Shown here: in pieces, positions 1-10,007 of the stretch
How positions within the stretch are numbered: the stretch's first letter is position 1
Layout of the letters: each line of letters begins with the position of its first letter
Assembly: GCA_002350765.1 (NCBI GenBank)
Contig: DEFK01000024.1
Span: 320-64,319 of the forward strand
Reading direction: 5' to 3'
From: Ruminococcaceae bacterium UBA2854
GTDB taxonomy: Bacteria > Bacillota > Clostridia > Oscillospirales > Acutalibacteraceae
DNA: 64,000 bases
The notes under the pieces: generated by a model
What the model was told of the DNA's origin: nothing
The model's input: the letters and a program-made list of their open reading frames with translations, nothing else
Database searches by the model: none
Program-made: the position numbers and the translations under genes

Positions 1-268
1 TTACCGTATCCCACCAGTAATCGTGATTACCTTTCAGCAGGATTTTAATACCGGGCAAAGAATTAAGATAAGCAAAATCCTTTTCGCATTCGCTAAGCTT
101 CATTGCCCAGGAAATATCTCCCGCTATAACCACTGTATCGTCGTCAGTAATCAGCCTATTCCATTTATCGGTAATACGCTCGAGATAATTATCCCAGCCG
201 TAGAATATATCCATAGGCTTATCCGTACCGAGCGATAAATGTAAATCAGCTATGGTGAAAAGTGACAT
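1..268 (-). CDS. metallophosphoesterase family protein, N-terminal part (gene runs off the window)
   Basis: Absent from the ORF track because there is no stop inside the window. My minus-strand translation from ATG 268..266 gives MSLFTIADLHLSLGTDKPMDIFYGW...VVIAGDISW...LLKGNHDYWWD, with DxH, GD and GNHD phosphoesterase motifs. The ATG overlaps the thrC stop as TAATG. Confidence 0.7.
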   Translation of the reverse strand, partial: MSLFTIADLHLSLGTDKPMDIFYGWDNYLERITDKWNRLITDDDTVVIAGDISWAMKLSECEKDFAYLNSLPGIKILLKGNHDYWWDTV

Positions 269-1773
269 TATTTTACACCTAAGGTTTTTAAAACATACTC
301 GGGCATATCTTCGGACTTAACGACATTGGAAAATCTCGCTTTTTTATCCTTTAAGCTTGAAAGTGGTTTCGGAATATCAACGCCTGTCAGCTCGTTAAGC
401 TTATCTACCATATCAAACTCGCTTAAATCGGCGCTCGAGCCGTCAACCGCGTTTAATACAGCGTTTGAGAATTTATAAGGACTTGCCGTAGAAGCGATAA
501 TTGTCGGCGTCTTATCCCCTGTTTCACTTACATACTTGTCGTATACCGAAACGGCGACAGCTGTATGTGTATCGCAGAGATAATTCTCTTCCTTAAACAT
601 TTTAGCGATTGTATCCTTAGTTTCACTATCATCGCAATATCCGCCGTAGAAAGAAGATTTAACAGCGTTTTTAACCTCGTCTGAAACCTCGTATTTACCC
701 TCGGTTTTTAATTTGGTCATCCAATCCCTGGTTATGGTATCGCTGTCGCCCGAAAGCTTATATAAAAGTCTTTCAAGGTTAGAGGATACGAGAATATCCA
801 TAGATGGTGAAATCGTTGTATAGAACGAGCGGTTCTTATCGTAAACTCCCGTTCTTATAAAGTCGGTAAGAACATTATTGGAGTTGGACGCGCAGATAAA
901 CTTGTTTACGGGGATTCCCATACAGCAAGCGTAGTAAGAAGCTAGGATATTACCGAAGTTTCCTGTCGGAACAACAACATTGATCTTATCGCCGAGCTTA
1001 ATCTTATTATCATTAACAAGCTTGCAGTAGGATGAAATATAATAAACTATTTGCGGTAAAAGCCTGCCCCAGTTAATTGAGTTAGCTGAGCTGAACATCA
1101 TATTGTTGCTCTCGAGCTCGTTAGCGATTTCTTCGGTTGTAAATATTCTCTTTACGCCTGTCTGAGCGTCGTCGAAATTACCCTCAATAGCGCATACATT
1201 TACATTAGCGCCTTCCTGAGTAACCATCTGATGCTTCTGCATAGGACTTACGCCGTCTACGGGATAGAAAACGATAATCTTAGTATGGTCTACGTCTTTA
1301 AAGCCCTCTAAAGCGGCTTTACCGGTATCACCCGATGTAGCGACAAGGATTACGGCGTCTTTACCGTCGTTAGTCTTTTTTAAGGATTTTGTAAGCAAGT
1401 GCGGTAAAATCTGAAGCGCCATATCTTTAAAAGCGCATGTCGGGCCGTGCCATAACTCGAGAATACCGACGTCGTTGCCGTTATATTTTTTATAAGAGAT
1501 AGGCGCGGGATCATCGCTTCCAAATTTCTCGGCGGTATACGCTTTTTCCACACAATCGTTGATTTCATCTTCTGTAAAATCCGTTAGGAAATCAGAAAAT
1601 ACTTTTTTCGCGATTCCCTTATAATCAAGCGCGGTTAAGCTTTTGATTGTATCTAAATCATAGCTCGGAAATTCCTGAGGTACAAACAGTCCTCCGTCCT
1701 TAGAGATACCCTGAGCTATAGCCTGAGAAGCTGATACAACTTCTTTTTTATTTTCAGTGCTGTTATACAACAT
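268..1773 (-). CDS. thrC: threonine synthase
   Basis: 501 aa. Has the PLP-lysine motif CAFKDMALQ and the long-form threonine synthase layout. An SD (AAGGGTGA) precedes the ATG. Confidence 0.93.
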   Translation of the reverse strand: MLYNSTENKKEVVSASQAIAQGISKDGGLFVPQEFPSYDLDTIKSLTALDYKGIAKKVFSDFLTDFTEDEINDCVEKAYTAEKFGSDDPAPISYKKYNGNDVGILELWHGPTCAFKDMALQILPHLLTKSLKKTNDGKDAVILVATSGDTGKAALEGFKDVDHTKIIVFYPVDGVSPMQKHQMVTQEGANVNVCAIEGNFDDAQTGVKRIFTTEEIANELESNNMMFSSANSINWGRLLPQIVYYISSYCKLVNDNKIKLGDKINVVVPTGNFGNILASYYACCMGIPVNKFICASNSNNVLTDFIRTGVYDKNRSFYTTISPSMDILVSSNLERLLYKLSGDSDTITRDWMTKLKTEGKYEVSDEVKNAVKSSFYGGYCDDSETKDTIAKMFKEENYLCDTHTAVAVSVYDKYVSETGDKTPTIIASTASPYKFSNAVLNAVDGSSADLSEFDMVDKLNELTGVDIPKPLSSLKDKKARFSNVVKSEDMPEYVLKTLGVK

Positions 1774-1810
1774 AAAATCACCCTTTCAAGGTCGTAATCA
1801 ACATCTTAAT

Positions 1811-1839
1811 ATTATAACCTAAAACGTGCATTTTGTCAA
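1811..1839 (-). promoter_or_regulatory. sigma-A type promoter for thrC (TTGACA-17-TATAAT)
   Basis: On the minus strand, TTGACA (1839..1834), a 17 nt spacer and TATAAT (1816..1811) are both consensus hexamers, about 35 nt upstream of the thrC ATG. Confidence 0.55.
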
Positions 1840-1867
1840 AGAATTGACAATATTTATTTTGTGTGAA

Positions 1868-2251
1868 TTATCGTTTATAAATATCCGTCTTTTCCGCGTA
1901 AAAAGCGTTTTCTAAATACTCTATACTAAACTTGTTTTTATCGTTAACAAAAACCTCGGCTATATCGTATCTTTGTATAAGATCTGTCTTGTATTTACGA
2001 AGAAAGAATTCGGAAGTATTTATTATCTTTTTTTGCTTTCTAGTATCTACAGCGAATCTCGGTAAAAGCATTGAATCTTCTTTTCTGGTTTTCACCTCAA
2101 CAAAGACAATATAATTATCTTTACGGGCGATAATATCAATTTCACCGAAATGGCAGCTGAAGTTTCTTAGAATAATTCTGTATTTATTCTTTTTTAGGTA
2201 TCTTACGGCGAATTTTTCACCCTTGATTCCAAGCTCTTTTTTATCAGTCAT
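1868..2251 (-). CDS. YraN family (UPF0102) endonuclease-like protein
   Basis: 127 aa. Contains GEIDIIA...VFVEVKTR, the typical YraN core. Overlaps the rnhB stop by 8 nt. Confidence 0.85.
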   Translation of the reverse strand: MTDKKELGIKGEKFAVRYLKKNKYRIILRNFSCHFGEIDIIARKDNYIVFVEVKTRKEDSMLLPRFAVDTRKQKKIINTSEFFLRKYKTDLIQRYDIAEVFVNDKNKFSIEYLENAFYAEKTDIYKR

Positions 2252-2858
2252 TATTCAATATCTTAGTTAAAAAACTCATCCTGTGTATTTCACACGGGCC
2301 GTATTCCTTTATAGCCTGAGTATGCGCCTTAGTGCCGTAGCCCTTATGCTTGTCAAATCCGTACTGCGGATACTTTTCGGCGTATTCGTAGCAAAGTCTG
2401 TCTCGGCTCACCTTAGCGAGTATTGACGCGGCGGCTATCGACATAGACTTAGCGTCACCCTTAATAACATATTCGCAGGGAATATTAAGCGGCGGAAGTC
2501 TGTTGCCGTCTATTAAAGCGTAATCGGCTTTTGTTTTCAGTCCTTCTACGGCTCGTTTCATAGCGAGCATAGTGGCGTTTAGAATGTTTAATTCTTCTAT
2601 TTCCTCTACTGTAGCGAAGGCGATTGAATACGCGAGAACTTCATTCTTAATAACGTCAAAAAGCGCTTCTCTCTTTTTTTCGGAAAGCTTTTTTGAGTCG
2701 TTTACACCCTCAATAATCTGATTGGGCTTTAATATAACCGCGGCGGCGCATACAGGTCCCGCTAAGGGTCCTCTCCCCGCTTCATCAACTCCGCAAATAT
2801 TATTAAAGCCTTTTTCACTTGTTATTTTTTCGTATTGCAGCCAGTCTATATTATCCAT
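2244..2858 (-). CDS. rnhB: ribonuclease HII
   Basis: 204 aa. Has the [14 protein letters not shown] active-site motif. Shows ylqF-rnhB synteny as in Bacillus. Confidence 0.93.
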   Translation of the reverse strand: MDNIDWLQYEKITSEKGFNNICGVDEAGRGPLAGPVCAAAVILKPNQIIEGVNDSKKLSEKKREALFDVIKNEVLAYSIAFATVEEIEELNILNATMLAMKRAVEGLKTKADYALIDGNRLPPLNIPCEYVIKGDAKSMSIAAASILAKVSRDRLCYEYAEKYPQYGFDKHKGYGTKAHTQAIKEYGPCEIHRMSFLTKILNND

Positions 2859-3729
2859 TTAAGTCCTCCGGAAATTCAAGCGTGATATTACCGAATTTAC
2901 CAGCGCGGTACTCATCCATTATAAGATTAGCGGCGCGCTCGGTGTCAATTTCTCCGCCAGATATAAGCATACCTCTTTTTCTTCCGACAAGCTCTAAAAG
3001 CTCATACGGCTGGATATCTTCTATATCTTCGCGTTTGAGCTTAAATCGGTCAAGAAACTCCTGCGTCGGCGCTTTCTGCATAGCGTCAAGAAAATCCATA
3101 GCCAGAAGCTCAATATCAAGCACCTGGTCCTTAACCGCTCCCGTAAAAGCTAAATGCAAGCCTACTTTTTCGTCGTCGAATTTTGGCCAAAGAACTCCTG
3201 GGGTGTCGAGCATTTCCAAATCGTTCGAGATAGTATACCATTGATTTCCGCGTGTAACGCCAGGTCTGTCCTCAACCTTGGCGCGGGTTTGCTTTGATAC
3301 CCTGTTAATAAACGAGGATTTGCCGACGTTCGGAATACCGACGATCATCAATCGCAGAATCGGATTTTTAATCCCTTTAGCTTTCTGAGCCTCGAATTTA
3401 TCGGCAAGTATTTCTCTTACCGCGGGTACGAATTTGTTTAGTCCACGTCCTGTTTTACAGTCTACAGGTAACGCTTTTACGCCTTTTTCGGAGTAATAAT
3501 TTACCCACTTCTGTGTCGCGAATTTATTAGCTTTATCACATTTATTAAGCAGTACCAGCTTCGGCTTATTTTCGATTATCTGCGCTAAATCGGGATTACT
3601 GCTGCTAATCGGTATTCTCGCGTCGATAATCTCTACAACAACGTCAATAAGCTTTAATGACGCTTGAATCCTGCGTTTGGTTTTAGTCATATGACCTGGG
3701 AACCATTGGATATTCTGATTTTTACTCAC
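2851..3729 (-). CDS. rbgA: ribosome biogenesis GTPase YlqF/RbgA
   Basis: 292 aa circularly permuted GTPase (NKCD ... GIPNVGKSS ... DTPG). Starts with GTG at 3729. Confidence 0.92.
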   Translation of the reverse strand: MSKNQNIQWFPGHMTKTKRRIQASLKLIDVVVEIIDARIPISSSNPDLAQIIENKPKLVLLNKCDKANKFATQKWVNYYSEKGVKALPVDCKTGRGLNKFVPAVREILADKFEAQKAKGIKNPILRLMIVGIPNVGKSSFINRVSKQTRAKVEDRPGVTRGNQWYTISNDLEMLDTPGVLWPKFDDEKVGLHLAFTGAVKDQVLDIELLAMDFLDAMQKAPTQEFLDRFKLKREDIEDIQPYELLELVGRKRGMLISGGEIDTERAANLIMDEYRAGKFGNITLEFPEDLNG

Positions 3730-3749
3730 AGTATCACATCCTTTATATT

Positions 3750-3787
3750 TAAAGAAAACTCACATCCATATAAAAACAGATGTGAGT
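3750..3787 (-). terminator. intrinsic terminator after lepB
   Basis: Minus-strand RNA folds as ACUCACAUC-12 nt loop-GAUGUGAGU followed by UUUUCUUU. Confidence 0.6.
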
Positions 3788-3801
3788 ATAAGAAGCGTAT
3801 A

Positions 3802-4482
3802 TTAAGAATAAGGATTAGCGAGGAATTTTATATGGTCGAACGGGAATACAACAAATTCCGCTTTTCCTATAATATCTTTAGCGTCAATAAGTCCTATAGC
3901 CTTTGAACGGCTGTCCATAGATACACCTCGGTTATCGCCGAGAACAAATACCTTTCCTTTCGGAATAACGGAAGGTATATCACCGTCTTCTTTATGGGTA
4001 TGGCCCTGGATATAGTCTTCTTTTAGTTCAACGCCGTCAACATAAACCTTTTCTTTATCAAAGTCAATTTTTAAAGACTGACCCTCGGTCGCGATAACGC
4101 GCTTGATAATAGGCTCCTGATATTCCTCGCCGTGGCTTATTACAACAATATCACCCAGCTTGGGCTGGTATAAAAAGTTAGATACTATAACCTTATCCGC
4201 GCTTTTTAAAGTCTGGAGCATAGAAGTACCGCTTACATCTACGAGTCTTACGAAAAATGTAAGCAGGATTACTACAATCGCTACAGCGAAAACGAGCGAA
4301 TGAACCCATTCGTATATACCTGAAGTACCTTCAGATTTCTTTAAATGGATTACACGGGGCTCTATAACCTGTCTTTTAGCAAATAATTTTTTCTTTTGTT
4401 TATTATCTTTTTCAGCTTCTTTTTTCTCGGTGTTAACAGTATTCTCTTTTATCTTTTTTTCTTTTTTCTTTTCGGATGCCAT
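3802..4482 (-). CDS. lepB: signal peptidase I
   Basis: Has the GTSMLQTL Ser box and the GDNRGVSMDSR box. I moved the start to ATG 4482 (MASEKK...), which follows the SD GAAGGTGAA; the ORF-track start is 27 nt further up. Confidence 0.9.
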   Translation of the reverse strand: MASEKKKEKKIKENTVNTEKKEAEKDNKQKKKLFAKRQVIEPRVIHLKKSEGTSGIYEWVHSLVFAVAIVVILLTFFVRLVDVSGTSMLQTLKSADKVIVSNFLYQPKLGDIVVISHGEEYQEPIIKRVIATEGQSLKIDFDKEKVYVDGVELKEDYIQGHTHKEDGDIPSVIPKGKVFVLGDNRGVSMDSRSKAIGLIDAKDIIGKAEFVVFPFDHIKFLANPYS

Positions 4483-4531
4483 TTTTTCACCTTCAATAAT
4501 AAAACACAATATAATTGTGGAAATCTAAAGT

Positions 4532-4557
4532 AAAAAAGGGACTTGAACAGTCCCCTT
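4532..4557 (-). terminator. intrinsic terminator after rplS
   Basis: Minus-strand RNA folds as GGGGAC-UGUUCAA-GUCCC followed by UUUUUU. Confidence 0.55.
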
Positions 4558-4565
4558 GCTTACTA

Positions 4566-4907
4566 TTAGACCTGTTCTTTAACTTTTGCAGCTTTACCAA
4601 CACGGTCACGGAGATAATAGAGCTTAGCTCTTCTGACTTTACCGCGGCGTACAACCTCAACCTTTCTTACGTTGGGGGAATGTAAAGGGAATACTCTCTC
4701 TACACCTACGCCGTAAGCAACACGTCTTACGGTAAATGTCTCGGCAACTCCTGAACCTCTCTTGGCGATAACAGTGCCTTCAAACATCTGGATTCTTTCT
4801 CTCTGTCCCTCACGGATATTAACGGAAACCTTTACAGTATCACCGATTCCGAAAACGGGAACTTCTGCTTTTACTGAATCAGCAGCAATTGTTTTTAATG
4901 CGTCCAT
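4566..4907 (-). CDS. rplS: 50S ribosomal protein L19
   Basis: 113 aa. Typical L19 sequence (GDTVKV...RIQ.FEG.VIA...RKVS.GVGVER.FPLHSP). The SD is AGGAGG. Confidence 0.95.
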   Translation of the reverse strand: MDALKTIAADSVKAEVPVFGIGDTVKVSVNIREGQRERIQMFEGTVIAKRGSGVAETFTVRRVAYGVGVERVFPLHSPNVRKVEVVRRGKVRRAKLYYLRDRVGKAAKVKEQV

Positions 4908-5030
4908 ATTGAACCTCCTAAAAATTTCAGACGTTCATACATAAAAATGCAGAGGACCATCCGCTTCAAATTTCAGCTCTCGCTGATTATTGAACCCCAT
5001 TACATAGTAACGGTATCCAAATGCCATAAT

Positions 5031-5059
5031 ATAATATCACAATAGCGGGATAAATGCAA
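5031..5059 (-). promoter_or_regulatory. candidate sigma-A promoter for rplS (TTGCAT-17-TATTAT)
   Basis: On the minus strand, TTGCAT (5059..5054), a 17 nt spacer and TATTAT (5036..5031). This leaves a 5' UTR of about 115 nt. Confidence 0.45.
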
Positions 5060-5085
5060 GTGTTTTTTTATAAAAAAGAATAATA

Positions 5086-6006
5086 TCAGCTCATTCTATT
5101 TAACTTTAATAAAAATTCCTTAAAATACTCGGGCAGTTCTGCTGAAAACTCCATATATTCCTTAGTGAAAGGATGAATAAAACCGATTTTGCCCGCGTGA
5201 AGGCATTGACCAGTGAAATTTACCTTTTCCTTTTTTACGCCGTAAACATCATCCCCCGCTACGGGATGACCTATATACGCCATATGAACTCTTATCTGAT
5301 GTGTTCTTCCTGTTTCGAGAATACACTTTATATGCGTATAGCCTTTATATCTTGCAATTACTTCATAATGAGTAACCGCGTTTTTTGAATTGCGCTCGGT
5401 TACAGTCATACGTTTTCTGTCTATATGATGTCTGCCTATAGGAGCGTTAATAGTGCCTTTGTCGTCTTTTATATTGCCTACGACTACAGCCTGGTACTCT
5501 CTTGTGAAGCTGTGCTCTTTAATCTGTTCGGCTAAAAACCTATGTGAGTTATCGTTTTTTGCGACAATTAAAAGCCCGCTTGTGTTTTTGTCTATACGAT
5601 GGACAATCCCAGGACGTAAAACGCCGTTTATTCCCGATAGATTATCCTTACAATGGTATAAAAGCGCGTTAACGAGAGTACCCTCGTAGTTTCCCGCCGC
5701 GGGATGGACAACCATTCCCTTGGGCTTATTTACTACGATTAAATCATCGTCCTCAAAAATAATGTCGAGCGGGATGTTCTCCGCCTTAGCCTCATATTCA
5801 ACAGGATCGGGAATTATAACATCAACGCTGTCCCCCGCTTTTAGCTTGTAGTTTTTGGAAACGGCTTTTTCATTAACCTTAACATTATCCTTTTCGATCA
5901 AGGAAACAACTGCCGAACGGGTTATATCATCTATATTATCCGAGAGAAATTTATCAATTCTTATAGCGGAAAAGTCATTATCAATTATAAAATTAAGCTT
6001 TTCCAT
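5086..6006 (-). CDS. rluD: RluA/RluD family 23S rRNA pseudouridine synthase
   Basis: 306 aa. Has an N-terminal S4 domain, the catalytic HRIDKNTSGLL motif and a GRTHQIRVH box. Confidence 0.9.
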   Translation of the reverse strand: MEKLNFIIDNDFSAIRIDKFLSDNIDDITRSAVVSLIEKDNVKVNEKAVSKNYKLKAGDSVDVIIPDPVEYEAKAENIPLDIIFEDDDLIVVNKPKGMVVHPAAGNYEGTLVNALLYHCKDNLSGINGVLRPGIVHRIDKNTSGLLIVAKNDNSHRFLAEQIKEHSFTREYQAVVVGNIKDDKGTINAPIGRHHIDRKRMTVTERNSKNAVTHYEVIARYKGYTHIKCILETGRTHQIRVHMAYIGHPVAGDDVYGVKKEKVNFTGQCLHAGKIGFIHPFTKEYMEFSAELPEYFKEFLLKLNRMS

Positions 6007-6475
6007 CTTTTATTCCCTTATCCTTTTTCATATAATCGGAAAAGAACAATAAGTAAATAACTAATAGTCCTGCGCCTACAGTTACGCAGTAGTCGGCGAA
6101 ATTACATACAGGCGGAAAAAAGCTTAAACTTAGATAATCTACAACATATCCGTAAAAAATCCTGTCTATAAGGTTTCCAAGTCCTCCGCCGATAATAAGA
6201 ATTAAAGCGACATTAACAAGCTTGCTCGTCGGTTTTTTCCAAAAAAGAAAAATAATCAATAAGATAATCACGGCTAATGTGAATACAATGAATATCCATC
6301 TCGCGTTAGCGAGCATACCGAAAGCGGCGCCCTTATTCTCAACGTAAGTTAGCGAGAATAAACCAGGGATTAAGGTTATACTTCCAATCGGTTTTAAATT
6401 ATTAATTACTAGCAGTTTTATAATATAATCAATTAAAACTACCAGCAAGGAAAATCCTAATACAATAAAAGGCAT
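5993..6475 (-). CDS. lspA: lipoprotein signal peptidase (signal peptidase II)
   Basis: Four-TM protein with the GGGLGNLIDR and FADxxV motifs. I moved the start to ATG 6475, which follows a GGAG SD; the track start is TTG. Confidence 0.9.
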   Translation of the reverse strand: MPFIVLGFSLLVVLIDYIIKLLVINNLKPIGSITLIPGLFSLTYVENKGAAFGMLANARWIFIVFTLAVIILLIIFLFWKKPTSKLVNVALILIIGGGLGNLIDRIFYGYVVDYLSLSFFPPVCNFADYCVTVGAGLLVIYLLFFSDYMKKDKGIKDGKA

Positions 6476-6485
6476 AATAATCTCC

Positions 6486-6520
6486 AAAAAAGTCGGCGCA
6501 GCTAACTACACCGACTTTTT
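6486..6520 (-). terminator. intrinsic terminator after ileS
   Basis: AAAAAGUCGG-loop-CCGACUUUUU with A/U tracts on both sides. Lies directly upstream of the lspA SD. Confidence 0.6.
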
Positions 6521-6521
6521 A

Positions 6522-9287
6522 TTATTCAAAAAATTTACAACATTTATCGCAAAGCGTGGGATGAGCGGCGTTTAATCCAACGGATTTGCTGATACTCCAG
6601 CATCTTTCGCATTTTTCTCCCTCAGCTTTTTCGACTTTAATCTCGAGCTCGCCTGTTCCCTCTTTAACCTCTACCTCGGAGACAATAAGAGCGGGCTTAA
6701 TCTCGTCATATACGCTGTTAAGGAAGTCGAGATAATCTCCCGAAGCGGTAAGAGTAACCTTAGCCTCAAGCGATCCTTTAATGGTTTTATCCTTAACCAT
6801 AGGCTCGATTTCCTTTTTAACGTCGTCACGAAGCTCGGAAATCTTAGCCCATGTATCCATAAACTCGTCGCTGACATCAATATCAATCGTAGTCGGCATA
6901 TCATTAAAGAGAACATTTTCGGTATTATCAGACTCCTTATGAGGCATATAGCTCCAGATTTCATCGGAGGTATACGCTAGAATAGGAGTTAACATTCTTG
7001 TCATAGCGTCGAGGATAAGATAGATAGCGCTCTGAGCGGATCTTCTCTCAAAGCTGTCAGGCTTTTCGGTATATAATCTATCCTTTAAAACGTCAAGATA
7101 GAAATTCGACATATCTACAACACAGAAGTTATGGATGCTGTGATAAACCTGATGGAACTCGAATTTATCGTAAGCGTTATTCGCCTTTTCAATAAGAGCG
7201 TTAAGAGTTTTAATCGCCCATTTATCAATCGGCATCATATCGTTAGCGGCTACCATATCCTTATTCGGGTCGAAATCGCTGATATTACCGAGAATATATC
7301 TCGCCGTATTACGGATTTTTCTGTACGACTCGGAGGTCTGCTTTAAGATTTCCCTGGAAATATTAACGTCACTCTGATAGTCGCAGGAAGCAACCCAAAG
7401 TCTGAGCACATCAGCGCCGTATTGGTTGATAACCTCCTGAGGACTGATACCGTTTCCGAGCGACTTACTCATCTTACGTCTTTCCATATCGAGGATCATA
7501 CCGTGAGTAAGTACGGTTCTGTACGGAGCTACGCCTTCCGTAGCGACAGAAGTTAACAGCGAGGACTGGAACCAGCCTCTGTACTGATCGTTACCCTCAA
7601 GATATAAATCAGCGGGGAAACCAAGATAATCACGGCGTTTGCATACGGCTCTGTGCGAAGAACCGCTGTCGAACCAAACGTCCATAATATCCTTTTCTTT
7701 TTCGAATTCTGTACATCCGCAGTCGGGACATTTAGTGCCCTCGGGTAAAATATCCGAAGCGTCCTTCTCGAACCAGGCGTTTGAACCTTCTTTTCCGAAT
7801 AAATCAGCGACCGCGAGCATAGCTTCCTTATCTACATAAGGCTTGTTACAATCCTTGCAGTAGAAAATCGGAATAGGTACACCCCATTTACGCTGACGGG
7901 AAATACACCAGTCTTTTCTGTCACGTACCATAGAGGTGATACGTTCCTTACCCCATGCGGGAACCCATTCTACAGTATTAATAGCGTCAATAGCCGCGTC
8001 CTTAAAGTCGTCTACCGAGCAGAACCACTGGTCTGTAGCTCTGAAAAGGATAGGAGATTTACATCTCCAGCAATGCGGGTACTGGTGGATAATCTTTTTA
8101 AGCGAGAATAAAGCGCCTGTTTCATCTAAATGAACAGCAATCTTTTTATTAGCTTCATCTGTTGTTAATCCCTCGAACTGTCCCGCTTCTTCGGTTAAAA
8201 CACCGTCAGCGTTTACAGGACAGATAACGGGAATATCGTCATAATTACGGCATACATTATAGTCGTCAACACCGTGACCGGGAGCGGTATGTACGCAGCC
8301 TGTACCGCTTTCTAATGTAACGTGCTCGCCGACAATAACGACAGATTCTCTGTCAAGGAAAGGATGAGCTGTTTTCATAAACTCTAGCTCGCTGCCCTTA
8401 ATCGTAGAAACTACCTCGTAATCAGTAATTTCAGCGGCTTCCATTGTATCCTTGATAAGGTCGGTAGCCATAACATAGAACTCATCGTTGTACTTAACGA
8501 TAGAATACTCAAATCTCGGGCCTACGCAAATCGCGACGTTAGCGGGTAATGTCCAAGTGGTTGTTGTCCAGATAACAAAGAATACCTTGGATGGGTCAAT
8601 ACCCATAGCCTCAAATTTACCTAAATCATCTGTTACCTTAAATTTAACGTAGATAGAATGGCAGGGATCCTCGGCGTACTCAATTTCAGCCTCCGCGAGA
8701 GCTGTTTTACACTCGGGACACCAGTAAACAGGCTTTAAACCTTTGTAGATATAGCCTTTCGTAGCCATTTCCGCGAATACTTTAATCTGTTCAGCCTCGA
8801 ATTCATGCTTTAAGGTTATATAGGGATTATCCCACTCGCCTATTACGCCGAGACGCTTGAACTGCTCACGCTGGTCGTTAATGTAACCGTTTACGAACTC
8901 GCCGCACATCTTTCTTAATTCTAATACGGAAATATCAGCAGAGCTTCCGATACCTGCTTTCTGACGCGCTTTAAGCTCGGTGGGGAGTCCGTGAGTATCC
9001 CAACCCGGTACAAAAGGCGACTTAAAGCCGGCCATATTCTTATGGCGTACAATAATATCCTTAAGGATTTTATTTAAAGCGTGTCCGAGATGGATATCGC
9101 CGTTAGCGTACGGAGGACCGTCGTGTAATACATAAAGAGGCTTACCCTCGTTATGCTCCATTAATTTTTCGTAAACATTATTCTCTTCCCACTTATTCAA
9201 GGTAACAGGCTCACTCTTAGGTAAGCCTGCGCGCATTGGAAATTCAGTTTTAGGAAGATTTAATGTCTTATTATAATCCTGAGACAT
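6522..9287 (-). CDS. ileS: isoleucine--tRNA ligase
   Basis: 921 aa. Has HLGH and KMSKS motifs and a C-terminal Zn finger (CERCW...CDKC). Confidence 0.97.
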   Translation of the reverse strand: MSQDYNKTLNLPKTEFPMRAGLPKSEPVTLNKWEENNVYEKLMEHNEGKPLYVLHDGPPYANGDIHLGHALNKILKDIIVRHKNMAGFKSPFVPGWDTHGLPTELKARQKAGIGSSADISVLELRKMCGEFVNGYINDQREQFKRLGVIGEWDNPYITLKHEFEAEQIKVFAEMATKGYIYKGLKPVYWCPECKTALAEAEIEYAEDPCHSIYVKFKVTDDLGKFEAMGIDPSKVFFVIWTTTTWTLPANVAICVGPRFEYSIVKYNDEFYVMATDLIKDTMEAAEITDYEVVSTIKGSELEFMKTAHPFLDRESVVIVGEHVTLESGTGCVHTAPGHGVDDYNVCRNYDDIPVICPVNADGVLTEEAGQFEGLTTDEANKKIAVHLDETGALFSLKKIIHQYPHCWRCKSPILFRATDQWFCSVDDFKDAAIDAINTVEWVPAWGKERITSMVRDRKDWCISRQRKWGVPIPIFYCKDCNKPYVDKEAMLAVADLFGKEGSNAWFEKDASDILPEGTKCPDCGCTEFEKEKDIMDVWFDSGSSHRAVCKRRDYLGFPADLYLEGNDQYRGWFQSSLLTSVATEGVAPYRTVLTHGMILDMERRKMSKSLGNGISPQEVINQYGADVLRLWVASCDYQSDVNISREILKQTSESYRKIRNTARYILGNISDFDPNKDMVAANDMMPIDKWAIKTLNALIEKANNAYDKFEFHQVYHSIHNFCVVDMSNFYLDVLKDRLYTEKPDSFERRSAQSAIYLILDAMTRMLTPILAYTSDEIWSYMPHKESDNTENVLFNDMPTTIDIDVSDEFMDTWAKISELRDDVKKEIEPMVKDKTIKGSLEAKVTLTASGDYLDFLNSVYDEIKPALIVSEVEVKEGTGELEIKVEKAEGEKCERCWSISKSVGLNAAHPTLCDKCCKFFE

Positions 9288-9311
9288 TTTATCTACTCTC
9301 CAAAAAATAAA

Positions 9312-9995
9312 TTATTCATCGTCTACGTCGTAATTATCGCCGAATTTTAAATCATCATAAAAGCTGTTATCGTCAGCTTTGTTTACAAACTCTACGTCCG
9401 AAGCTGTATCAGCGGCGGGTGTGTATTCTTCTTTAACATCTTCAACTTTAACAACGGGTTCTTCCGCAATTTCTTCTACTGTAACTGTTTCTTCTACAAC
9501 AGGCTCTGTGGGATATTTCTTATCGAGCTCCTCCTGCTTTCTTAAAACAACCGCGTCGGTCGGAAGATCGTTAATAGTTTTTAAGTGTTTATTGTAAAGC
9601 TCCTCGAGCTCTTTTCTAAGCTCAGCGGAATCGCTTTTAAGCTTTAAGTATATTTCCTTCTGCTTAACTGTATTAGCATTAGAATCCTTTAAAATAGCCT
9701 GAGCCTTTGTTTCAGCCTCAGATACTATCTGAGCGGCTTTCGCTTTAGCTTCCTTGATAGACTGGTCAGCAACTCTCTGCGAAGAAAGTAAGGCGTTTCT
9801 TACAGTTTCCTCGTCAGCTCTGTACTGCTCAACTCTTGTAGCTAATATATCCATTTTTCTTATTAAATCAGCTTTTTCTTTCTTCATCTGTTCGAAAGAA
9901 ACGATAACCTCATCAATAAACGCGTCTACGTCTTCTCCGCGATAACCTCTACCCTTTCTGAATGATACATCCTTGATTTCATCAATAGTTAACAT
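9312..9995 (-). CDS. divIVA: DivIVA domain cell-division protein
   Basis: N-terminal DivIVA motif (LT.DEI..V.F.....GY....VD.FLD) followed by a coiled coil. I placed the start at ATG 9995, 8 nt after the AAGGAG SD. Confidence 0.88.
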   Translation of the reverse strand: MLTIDEIKDVSFRKGRGYRGEDVDAFIDEVIVSFEQMKKEKADLIRKMDILATRVEQYRADEETVRNALLSSQRVADQSIKEAKAKAAQIVSEAETKAQAILKDSNANTVKQKEIYLKLKSDSAELRKELEELYNKHLKTINDLPTDAVVLRKQEELDKKYPTEPVVEETVTVEEIAEEPVVKVEDVKEEYTPAADTASDVEFVNKADDNSFYDDLKFGDNYDVDDE

Positions 9996-10007
9996 ATCTA
10001 ACACTCC

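Noticed and set aside
23-238. 71-aa plus-strand ORF at the window start.
   Set aside because: It starts with GTG, lies antisense to a minus-strand frame that reads as a clean metallophosphoesterase N-terminus, and has no motif of its own.
4935-5027. 30-codon ORF (MAFGYRYYVMGFNNQRELKFEADGPLHFYV) in the rplS leader, beginning right at the predicted TSS.
   Set aside because: It has no SD. It would need leaderless translation from a TSS that I only infer. It is more economically explained as untranslated leader.
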